From IMG/VR virus record IMGVR_UViG_3300034122_002094: a stretch of 64,000 nucleotides of DNA; one strand, 5' to 3'. Positions 1 to 7,079 of the stretch are shown one piece after another. The DNA comes from a virus. How positions within the stretch are numbered: the first letter of the stretch is position 1; every line of letters starts with the position of its first letter. Made by a program: the position numbers and the translations under genes. Under the pieces are notes generated by a model. It was not told the DNA's origin. It saw only the letters and a program-made list of their open reading frames with translations, and did not search any database.

Positions 1-1
1 C

Positions 2-1282
2 CTCGTCACGGTTGACGGCGCGCATCGTCTCAAGGGTCTGGAGCTGCTGGGCGAGCTGCCCGTTCTCACGGTTATTGAGGTCTGCCATGACCTCGCGGGC
101 GTCCTTGATCGACTCAAAACGCTGGAACATCTGCGTGAGGATGTTCAGGACGGCCTTGTACTCTTGCTCATCTGCACTGTCTCCGAGGCCTTCAGCCATC
201 GCGCCAAGATTGACAGCAGATGGCGAGGCTTCGAGCTGACCGCGCAGGTTGACGACCGAGGCAGGGACGTTACCAGTGCCCCCACGAGCATTCAGCGAGA
301 GTTGCTGAGCCAGCGACGCAAGGAAGCGCTGGCCCTCGATCGACTCAGTCAGCCAACGGCCCTGCGCATCCTGGAGCGAAGACATGCCCTGTGCGCCACG
401 AGCGCGAGCCTCATTGAACTGACGCTCAAGCTCCCCGAGGAACAGATCCATCGAGGAGAAGAGCTGGAGGTTGAAGCGTCCCTCAAGAGCGCCAAAGGCT
501 GTGCGCGCGACGTGAGCAAACCCGCCCTGCCCGAGCTCGTCTGGCAGCACGAACTCGCGATCGAGGCGTGAGAAGTCCAGACGCTCACGGAGCTGAACGC
601 CGAACTGCAACAGGTCGCTCTTGGTGCGAGCCATGTCGCGACCAAGGCCACCGATCATCTTGACCAGCCCCTCAGACTGCGTATTGAGCTCTCGGCCCTG
701 GACGCGCAGGGCGACCTCGTTGAGCTCCTGCATGACGTTGAACTGCGGACGACCTGTCAGCGCCTCACTGCGCTGCTTGATCGCGGAGCCAGACTTGATG
801 CCCTGAGCGCCGACCGAGACGGTATACGTCCGCATGGTCGCCTCCAGGTCCTGAATGGATCGCGTCAGCAAGGCCACAGCGGAGCCATCAGAGCCTGCCG
901 GAGCGACAGGGGTTACTCTGACCCTCGCGACCTGCTGGCGGGCCGCCTGAGCGAGCTGTGGAGCTGCTGCGATACCTCCCTGGAGACCTTGCATCACCCC
1001 GTTGCGGACAGCCGCCTCGATGCTGTCCTCCAGCATCTTGACGCTCGCGTCATCGAACAGCGCTGTCAGAGAGATGTTAGAGAGCGCGCGCATGTTGCCG
1101 AGCATATCACGAGATGTTCGCACGGCTCGGAGCATGGACTCGGCCCAGCCCTTCTGGATTCCCTCAGATGTCGCCGCGAGCTGGACGAGCTCAGCCTCCA
1201 TAGAGCGAAGCTGAGCCACGATCGTCTCACCACCCTGCGAATCCATCTGAACGTCGATCCCGACCTTGGCTGTAACTGCCAT
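2..1282 (-). CDS. Tape measure protein, N-terminal part (runs off window)
   Basis: Open frame from ATG 1282 (MAVTAKVGIDVQMDSQGG...) to the window edge, missed by the ORF track; A/Q/L-rich helical sequence; follows the tail chaperones; TAATG coupling. Confidence 0.7.
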   Translation of the reverse strand, partial: MAVTAKVGIDVQMDSQGGETIVAQLRSMEAELVQLAATSEGIQKGWAESMLRAVRTSRDMLGNMRALSNISLTALFDDASVKMLEDSIEAAVRNGVMQGLQGGIAAAPQLAQAARQQVARVRVTPVAPAGSDGSAVALLTRSIQDLEATMRTYTVSVGAQGIKSGSAIKQRSEALTGRPQFNVMQELNEVALRVQGRELNTQSEGLVKMIGGLGRDMARTKSDLLQFGVQLRERLDFSRLDREFVLPDELGQGGFAHVARTAFGALEGRFNLQLFSSMDLFLGELERQFNEARARGAQGMSSLQDAQGRWLTESIEGQRFLASLAQQLSLNARGGTGNVPASVVNLRGQLEASPSAVNLGAMAEGLGDSADEQEYKAVLNILTQMFQRFESIKDAREVMADLNNRENGQLAQQLQTLETMRAVNRDE

Positions 1283-2202
1283 TACCTACCTCTCTTTTTG
1301 CTGCCGCTGGAGCTTTGACGACGCTCCTCGTCCATTCGCTCAATCTCGATCTTTGAGGACTCTGAGAGCACGATCTGCTGTGCTGTGTAGATCTTGTAAG
1401 GCTGATCGCCGACACCGCCATTGTAAAATGGCATGTTGGCTTTGCCAGAAGAGTACATGAAGTTCGCCAGCATCTTCACAGGAGATGGGATCCATGAGAC
1501 CGGGCACTCTGGATAGGAGAAGTTGACCTTTGGGATCTTGAAGACAGGCGCCTCCTTGATCTCTGGCTCAGGCTCGGGCTCTGGCGCCTGCGGTACACCT
1601 GGAAGGTCCATCGGTGCCGCGCGGCTGCGCTTGACCGTGTAGGAGCTCATGATGTTCGCTCGGCTCTTCTTCTTCCTCTCTGGTACCTCTGGGACCACCA
1701 GAGGCGCAGGCGTCGGCGGATGATACTTGTCGATGAGGGCCTGCTTGTTTGGCAGACCGCACAGCCTGTTCATGTAGTAGCCGCCCTTGATACAGGCGTC
1801 ACAGTCATACGTCTTCTCTTGAGCCTTGTTCTTTTCATCGGACAGATAGCTCGAAAACCGGATGTACCCTTTGAGCTGCTGGGCCTCAGTCTCGCTCAGC
1901 ATTGAGAGCTGAGTGTACGCAAACTCACCGATCTGATAGAGGACAGCGGCTGGCAATGTGTCGATGTTCGAGGGCGAGAACTTCAGCTCATGAAGCACGC
2001 CACGTCTCTCAAAGCGCAGACCAGACCATCCAACCAGGCAGTCTTTGCCGATGGTCACGAACTCGACCTGCCCGATCGCTCCCTTTGGTCCCACCCGGAT
2101 GTTGAGATGCAGAATCTCGCTGGTGCTCAAGCCTCTGACATAAAATGTCACGTTGTTGATCACGAGCTCCTGAACAAGGTCGGAGAGGATGGGATTCGTC
2201 AT
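1282..2202 (-). CDS. Tail assembly chaperone-like protein (G-T-like, Cys-rich C-terminus)
   Basis: LVGWSGL motif, C-terminal CxxC..C..CP..GGxxDQP; directly upstream of tape measure. Confidence 0.55.
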   Translation of the reverse strand: MTNPILSDLVQELVINNVTFYVRGLSTSEILHLNIRVGPKGAIGQVEFVTIGKDCLVGWSGLRFERRGVLHELKFSPSNIDTLPAAVLYQIGEFAYTQLSMLSETEAQQLKGYIRFSSYLSDEKNKAQEKTYDCDACIKGGYYMNRLCGLPNKQALIDKYHPPTPAPLVVPEVPERKKKSRANIMSSYTVKRSRAAPMDLPGVPQAPEPEPEPEIKEAPVFKIPKVNFSYPECPVSWIPSPVKMLANFMYSSGKANMPFYNGGVGDQPYKIYTAQQIVLSESSKIEIERMDEERRQSSSGSKKRGR

Positions 2203-2220
2203 GGCAGATCCTTGATCGAG

Positions 2221-2254
2221 AAGACCCTGCGGGAGTGAACCAGCAGGGTCTTCA
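2221..2254 (-). terminator. Hairpin between chaperone genes
   Basis: GAAGACCCTGC...GCAGGGTCTTC inverted repeat. Confidence 0.5.
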
Positions 2255-2271
2255 TTGGGGCTCAGAGCAGA

Positions 2272-2727
2272 TCAGAACGGGGTTGCATCCGCGTCGTCAG
2301 CGGGCTCTTCGAGCTTCTCGTCGACCTCGTTCTTGCCGCGACCATCAGGCGTGCCGAACACACGAATCAGCTCCTCGTAGTCGGCGACCTCCAGCGACCC
2401 CAGGATGTCCTTGATGGTGTCGTTGGTGCGCGGGAAGCGGATCTCCTTGCCGTTGGAGCTCATCAGACGCTCCCAGCCGACCAGACGTGCCAGCATCATG
2501 TTGAGGGACATGGTCTGGAGGTTGATCTGGCTGATGCGCAGACCGTCACGCTGCTCGCTCTCACCACGAGGCTGCCCGAGGCCGAGGAGGCTGTCCTTGA
2601 CCTTGGTCACCTCGATGTTGTCGAGGTCACGGAAGCGGAAGATCGTCTGCTCGTTCTTCGCAGTCTTGCGATCCGAGATCAGGACGTAGTCATAAGTCAT
2701 CAGAGCTTGTGCGCGCGTGCGTGCCAT
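2272..2727 (-). CDS. Tail assembly chaperone
   Basis: AGGTGA SD before ATG 2727 (MARTRAQ); LVGWERL motif; position between tail tube and tape measure. Confidence 0.6.
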   Translation of the reverse strand: MARTRAQALMTYDYVLISDRKTAKNEQTIFRFRDLDNIEVTKVKDSLLGLGQPRGESEQRDGLRISQINLQTMSLNMMLARLVGWERLMSSNGKEIRFPRTNDTIKDILGSLEVADYEELIRVFGTPDGRGKNEVDEKLEEPADDADATPF

Positions 2728-2921
2728 ATCTTCACCTGTGATGTCGTTGTAGGACTTGGCCTCTGATAAGGCCCAGCCCAGGGTTCTCATCCTAAACTTC
2801 CACGCCAGCGCCATTATTCCAGAGCGCTTGTGCTTGACCCTCTCCCAGAGAAAAAAAGAGAGGCAATGCAACCATATGGCCAGCCTCAAGAAGATTCGCT
2901 CTGGGATGAGCGCGATGTATT

Positions 2922-3098
2922 CTATGACTTTTTGCATCGACACTGACACTTGCATTCGTGCCGAGTGGTCGGCTTGTTGATGGGCGACATCTTGGCGACA
3001 GGCTCTCCAAGCCCATTGGATGCAAGGATCGACTTGGTCCTCAGCACTTCGAGCTGTCTCACGATCTCGTCTCGACGCTTCCGCTCGTCTTCTGTCAT
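2922..3098 (-). CDS. Small hypothetical protein
   Basis: MTEDERKRRDEIVRQLEVL..CxCxCxC; weak support. Confidence 0.3.
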   Translation of the reverse strand: MTEDERKRRDEIVRQLEVLRTKSILASNGLGEPVAKMSPINKPTTRHECKCQCRCKKS

Positions 3099-3377
3099 GT
3101 CAAACCTCGTCACATAAAGAATCGCATTGGGCTTCGACCCCAAACCTTCCACCGTATCTAGGTGGCTGTGCTGCCAGTTACACCAGGCGATTTTTTTCGC
3201 TGAGACCAATCAGCGTCCCAACTGTGCCGCGTCTCTTACAGGCGTCTCTGGATCCGACTGCCTACACCGATGACAGACGCTGGTCAGGCTATCTGTTTTT
3301 CAGTGTATCTGGCAGCTCCGTCCAAGACGCGAGTTTTAGCGAGATCACAACACAGTCAAACTTGGCCCGAAGGCCAA

Positions 3378-3438
3378 AGAGCAGGAGGGAATCGAACCCT
3401 CAACCTCTCCCTCGTATCGAGGTGGCACCAGCCTACTC
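3378..3438 (-). ncRNA. tRNA-like RNA lacking D stem and anticodon loop
   Basis: Acceptor GAGTAGG/CCTGCTC, T arm GAGGG-TTCGATT-CCCTC, middle hairpin CCTCG-ATA-CGAGG. Confidence 0.55.
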
Positions 3439-3647
3439 TCTCGTCGGACTCACCGGCTGGCCTACATTGCATAGGACCGATGAACGCCAGCCCTCAACAG
3501 GACCGGCCTTTTGGTGGTGATCAGCCACCTTTCTCCAGCGTCAGCACAACAGCAAGGGACCTGGTGCCAGACAGTAGAAACTGGAGCGACGAAGCTGTCA
3601 TTTGCCAGTGATGGTTAGACCACTGGCAACCGCAGACAGCAGCGGTA

Positions 3648-3721
3648 CGACTGTGGTAGGACTCGAACCTACAACCAACACCTTAACAGGGTGCCGCACT
3701 GCCAATTGATGCTACACAGTC
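3648..3721 (-). tRNA. tRNA-Asn(GTT)
   Basis: Cloverleaf; GCACC-CTGTTAA-GGTGT. Confidence 0.9.
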
Positions 3722-3724
3722 AAG

Positions 3725-3906
3725 CGGACTCTCACGCGGTCCGGTTACGACTGATTGGTTTTTTCTGTCATCAGCGGACAGGCATCACACTTCTGGCCCA
3801 GACTCAGGCATGATGCAACTTCGTGCGCGATCCGTCTGGGAGCTCGGATCGTTTTTTTGTGTGACGTTGTCTTCACTGTGACAACCGGATCACCCTCTCG
3901 GGCTCC
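3725..3906 (-). ncRNA. Pseudoknot-rich ncRNA candidate
   Basis: Enclosing helix TCCGGTTG/TAACCGGA around three pseudoknots. Confidence 0.5.
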
Positions 3907-3907
3907 A

Positions 3908-3978
3908 AGGTTCCGCCTGGGATCGAACCAGGGCCTCATCATTTGCAATGATGTGTCTTACCACTAGACTACGGAACC
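3908..3978 (-). tRNA. tRNA-Cys(GCA)
   Basis: CATCA-TTGCAAA-TGATG; U73. Confidence 0.9.
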
Positions 3979-3981
3979 GTT

Positions 3982-4057
3982 TGGCGAATGGGGTAGGACT
4001 TGAACCTACAACCTGTTGATTTGGAATCAACTGCTCTACCAATTGAGCTACCCAGAC
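3982..4057 (-). tRNA. tRNA-Trp(CCA)
   Basis: GTTGA-TTCCAAA-TCAAC; encoded CCA; two acceptor mismatches. Confidence 0.85.
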
Positions 4058-4060
4058 ACA

Positions 4061-4134
4061 TGCGTCGGGTCGGGATCGAACCGACGACCCTGGGATTAAA
4101 AATCCCGTACTCTACCAAGCTGAGCTACCGACGC
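4061..4134 (-). tRNA. tRNA-Lys(TTT)
   Basis: GGGA-TTTTTAA-TCCC. Confidence 0.9.
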
Positions 4135-4137
4135 TCA

Positions 4138-4209
4138 AGCAGCACCTCGGAATCGAACCGAGTACATCTGGGACGGAGGCCCATCGTTCTACCAGTGAAC
4201 TAGTGCTGC
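4138..4209 (-). tRNA. tRNA-Gly(TCC), C33
   Basis: TGGG-CCTCCGT-CCCA; U73. Confidence 0.8.
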
Positions 4210-4229
4210 GTTCGTCCACCGTGAGGAAG

Positions 4230-4258
4230 ACTATAAGGCAGCTCGTCAGAGCTGTCAA
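4230..4258 (-). promoter_or_regulatory. sigma70-type promoter
   Basis: TTGACA-17 nt-TATAGT. Confidence 0.8.
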
Positions 4259-4266
4259 CGAGAAAG

Positions 4267-4348
4267 TGTAGTCGGAGGGGGTCGAACCCTCACACCCGAA
4301 GGCTCTGGACTCTCATTCCAGCGTGTCTGCCAATTCCACCACGACCAC
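4267..4348 (-). tRNA. tRNA-Leu(GAG)
   Basis: CTGGA-ATGAGAG-TCCAG; variable arm. Confidence 0.85.
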
Positions 4349-4351
4349 ACA

Positions 4352-4442
4352 AGTCAGAGAAGAGTGTGCGCCTGTAACACCATGCCAGCAGATTGCTCCG
4401 CTGGCGACAAGGACTCGAACCTATCTCTTCTCTTCTCCGACC
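4352..4442 (-). ncRNA. YrlA-like Y RNA (circularly permuted tRNA mimic)
   Basis: Terminal stem GGTCGGAGAAGAG/CTCTTCTCTGACT, then T arm (AGG-TTCGAGT-CCT), closed acceptor stem-loop, D arm. Confidence 0.75.
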
Positions 4443-4443
4443 A

Positions 4444-4524
4444 TGCTCAAGGTGGGAGTCGAACCCACACGCACGAAGCACCGCCTTCTGAGGACGGCGT
4501 GGCTACCAGTTACACCACTTGAGC
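4444..4524 (-). tRNA. tRNA-Leu(CAG)
   Basis: CCGTC-CTCAGAA-GGCGG; variable arm. Confidence 0.9.
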
Positions 4525-4526
4525 GA

Positions 4527-4598
4527 TACGCAACCTGGGGATCGAACCCAGACCTCTGGCTTCAAAGGCCAGGATGCTGCCATTGACACCAGTCGCGA
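4527..4598 (-). tRNA. tRNA-Gln(TTG)
   Basis: CTGGC-CTTTGAA-GCCAG. Confidence 0.9.
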
Positions 4599-4670
4599 AC
4601 CGGGAGGTGGGAGTCGAACCCACAGTATCTTGGTCCAGAGCCAAGTGCTTTGCCATTAAGCTACTCCCGA
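4599..4670 (-). tRNA. tRNA-Gln(CTG)
   Basis: CTTGG-CTCTGGA-CCAAG. Confidence 0.9.
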
Positions 4671-4673
4671 ACA

Positions 4674-4843
4674 GGCCATCACGAACACTGCCGGTCTCGA
4701 ACCGGCCCAGGCGACCAAACAGCAACAACCTTCATCCGAGGCCTTGCGGCCAGCGCCCGTTGAGGCGCCTCGTGGTATCTCCACGGATCGAAGTCTGGCT
4801 GCGGTCTTCCCATGCTCCCAACTACACCAAGGCCGTGATGACC
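4674..4843 (-). ncRNA. tRNA-chimera RNA with multibranched domain replacing the anticodon arm
   Basis: 11-bp terminal stem GGTCATCACGG/TCGTGATGGCC, D-loop-like TGGTGTAGTTGGGAGCAT, T arm GCCGG-TTCGAGA-CCGGC. Confidence 0.65.
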
Positions 4844-4845
4844 AG

Positions 4846-4918
4846 CGACTCGTGCGGGACTTGAACCCGCGATCTCCAGCGTGACAGGCTGGCGTGATGA
4901 CCACTTCACTAACGAGCC
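4846..4918 (-). tRNA. tRNA-Asp(GTC)
   Basis: CCAGC-CTGTCAC-GCTGG; G73. Confidence 0.9.
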
Positions 4919-4928
4919 GAACAGAACA

Positions 4929-4999
4929 TTCCTGGCGCCGGGGTCGAACCGGCACTAGAGGGGTTAGAAGCCTCTGCGCTGCCATTACACCAGCCAGGA
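4929..4999 (-). tRNA. Amber suppressor tRNA(CTA), Gln-like body
   Basis: TCCTGGC TG GTG-TAATGGCAG-CGC A GAGGC-TTCTAAC-CCCTC TAGT GCCGG-TTCGACC-CCGGC GCCAGGA A; same register and C31-C39 mismatch as tRNA-Phe in this island. Confidence 0.75.
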
Positions 5000-5034
5000 T
5001 CGCGCGACGGCTTTGATACCGTCGCATCCAGAAC

Positions 5035-5970
5035 TCACATATAGCACCGTTCGATCTTCTTTGTCAACCGATCCAGGTGCTTTTTCTTGATCTTGAAAGA
5101 GACGCTCTCAAGACCGAGCGGATCGTTATCAAGCGCGTTGGCGACGATCTCAGCATAAGACACCAACAGAAGCGTGCAGATGTCTTGCTTATTTGCGGAC
5201 TTGATGAAGCTGTCGAACTCATCAGCTTTCATCCTGTGCAACGTCATGTCCAGGGACATGAGCCGCACCTCGTCGCCGCTACCGAGATCCTGCCAGACCT
5301 GGCTGCTGACCTTCTCGTGCTCCGGGAAGTGTCTGCGGCCATCATCGTCGAGCACCATGCAGTCCGGCTTTCCGCAGTCGTGGAACAGAGTGTAGTTCCA
5401 GATCGTCTGCGCCGGATGACGATGGTCGAGAAGATACTGACCGAACTTGCCAGTCAGCATCGACTCGGGGAGGACTTCAGACCAGATGCCATGCTCTCCA
5501 GTCGAGAGCGCCGAGACGATCGAGAAGGCTCGGTCCTTGACCGACACACCGTGCGCCATGATGGTCTGCTTGTCGTTCTGGCGAGCAGTCTCCATCTTCT
5601 TACACAGGGCCTCTCTGACCTCTTGGCGAGCCTCAGGAGCCACTCGTTTACCAACCAAGGGCAGACGGCCAAGATCGGGTCCCGGCACGTCTGAGGGCTC
5701 GATAGCGAGCGAGGTGGCTTGATAGCCAGTATCGGGCTCACAGAAGAGGATGGCTTTGCGACCGAGCTTCATACACTGATCATACAGCGCGAAGAGCTTG
5801 GCCTCATCAGCCACCGTCAGGACCACGAGCCTGTTGGAGAGCTTCCACCACTCAGTGGGCTGCTCCATCATGCAGTAGTCGATGGCGGCATGAGTTGCCT
5901 GAGCCGTCTGATAGCCCACAGAACCGAGATCCTCTCGAACGATCACATAGAACTTCGTCTACAAATTCAT
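5035..5970 (-). CDS. Peptidyl-tRNA hydrolase (Pth2 family)-HD domain fusion with in-frame TAG at codon 4
   Basis: ATG AAT TTG TAG ACG AAG TTC TAT GTG ATC GTT CGA GAG GAT CTC; KFYVIVREDL..AQATHA..LVVL..EPD Pth2 motifs; LFHDCGKP..HFPEHE HD motif. Confidence 0.75.
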
Positions 5971-6031
5971 CGCATTACCTTCGGTTGGCGATGTGTTGGA
6001 ATGGCGTCCTGGTGTCGGGCGCAGGTTACAG

Positions 6032-6106
6032 TGTGTAGGGAGGGAATCGAACCCTCGACCCCAGGATTAAGAATCCCATGCTCTGACCTAGCTGAGCTAC
6101 CCACAC
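6032..6106 (-). tRNA. tRNA-Lys(CTT)
   Basis: TGGGA-TTCTTAA-TCCTG. Confidence 0.9.
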
Positions 6107-6111
6107 AAAAG

Positions 6112-6193
6112 AGGAAGAGGTGGGGGTCGAACCCACAGCCCTTGACGGGCGACGACTTAGCAAGTCGCTTGATGCGCCAGTTTCCGCTCTTCC
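6112..6193 (-). tRNA. tRNA-Ser(GCT)
   Basis: GCGAC-TTGCTAA-GTCGT; long variable arm; weak D stem. Confidence 0.8.
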
Positions 6194-6204
6194 TTTTGAC
6201 GACG

Positions 6205-6480
6205 TCAGTGCTTGCAGACTACCGCGAGGCAGTCATACTCATCGAGCAGGACAGTGTCGACGCCCTGGAAGGTGATCTCCTTGCCAGTGTGGACCGGGTA
6301 CAGGACGACGTCGCCCTGATGGACCAGATCCTTGTTGACGCCGGGTCCGATCTCCAGCACTTCGCCCTGACGAACGTCGGAGTACATGGGCGCAGCGAGG
6401 AGGATGCCACCCTCAGTCTTCGACTCGAAGGGGATGGGGCGAACGAGGATACGATCGCGGAGCGGTTGCAGATGACTCAT
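6205..6480 (-). CDS. groES: Co-chaperonin GroES/Cpn10
   Basis: LQPLRDRILV..KTEGGILL..GEVLEIGPG..GDVVLY..LAVV; AGGAG SD. Confidence 0.92.
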   Translation of the reverse strand: MSHLQPLRDRILVRPIPFESKTEGGILLAAPMYSDVRQGEVLEIGPGVNKDLVHQGDVVLYPVHTGKEITFQGVDTVLLDEYDCLAVVCKH

Positions 6481-6505
6481 GGGACTCCTTGTTTTTTAGA
6501 ACCAG

Positions 6506-6578
6506 TCTGGGTGACAGGACTCGAACCTGCGTGTTCTGGTTCCCAAAACCAGCCGTTGACCACTAACGTAACACCCAG
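6506..6578 (-). tRNA. tRNA-Pro(TGG)
   Basis: CTGGT-TTTGGGA-ACCAG. Confidence 0.85.
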
Positions 6579-6640
6579 ATGCTGCCGACCGGGTTTTAAT
6601 CGGTCGGCTCTACTCCTTCTACACTTGGTAGATGAGCTGA

Positions 6641-6726
6641 TGGTTGATGCAGGATTCGCACCTGCTGACGTTTGTACAGACGCCGCCTCGTCCGCGAGGC
6701 CTCCGCTACTACACGGCCCTTCAACC
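6641..6726 (-). ncRNA. tRNA-like RNA with 4-nt anticodon loop and long variable arm
   Basis: GGTTGA/TCAACC, GCCTCG-CGGA-CGAGGC, T arm GCAGG-TGCGAAT-CCTGC. Confidence 0.6.
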
Positions 6727-6728
6727 AA

Positions 6729-6884
6729 GGGCAAGGCGTGGAATCGAACCACGTTCTCTCTATCATCTCAGCGATGAATCCAAGACGGGACACTCGCGCC
6801 TACTTCCGGCTCAGCGGTCGGCCTACCCGTCTCTTCAATCAGAGCGATACGATCAGAGCGTTCTACCTCATGAACTACCCTGCC
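6729..6884 (-). ncRNA. tRNA-like RNA with ~80-nt structured insertion in the anticodon loop
   Basis: GGCAGGG/CCTTGCC, D GTTC/GAAC, CTCTG..TAGAG, T CGTGG-TTCGATT-CCACG. Confidence 0.7.
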
Positions 6885-6910
6885 ATGTGCCTTTTTAAGG
6901 AAGGCTAACC

Positions 6911-6988
6911 TTCGTCGACGTGAAGGGACTCTCACCCTGCTCCCAGACCCGAAGGTCTCGCGCTCGCTCACCGGCGAGAAGTCAACGA
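6911..6988 (-). ncRNA. tRNA-like RNA with UUCG tetraloop in place of the anticodon
   Basis: TCGTTGAC/GTCGACGA, CTCGC-CGGTGA-GCGAG, AGACC-TTCG-GGTCT, AGGG-TGAGAGT-CCCT. Confidence 0.6.
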
Positions 6989-7069
6989 TGCCAGAAGGTG
7001 GACTCGAACCACTGACCTGCCCTTGCCCTAGCGGAACGTGGGCCGCTCTACCAACTGAGCTATTCCGGC
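6989..7069 (-). ncRNA. tRNA-like RNA with 15-nt anticodon loop
   Basis: Canonical body GCCGGAA TA GCTCAGTTGGTAGAGC..GTGGTTCGAGTCCAC; loop CGTTCCGCTAGGGCA. Confidence 0.7.
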
Positions 7070-7079
7070 CATCGAACAG

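Noticed and set aside
2728-2955. N-terminal extension of the tail chaperone
   Set aside because: Atypical composition; good SD lies before ATG 2727
3725-3906. tmRNA
   Set aside because: No tRNA-Ala-like acceptor with G3:U70 and no tag peptide ending in AA
4929-4999. Reading the suppressor as tRNA-Arg(TCT)
   Set aside because: Needs a one-base register shift that breaks the D stem and adds an A-C mismatch; the CTA register matches neighbouring Gln and Phe tRNAs
5719-6777. 352-aa plus-strand ORF and other ORFs across the RNA island
   Set aside because: Overlap tRNA genes and groES on the opposite strand
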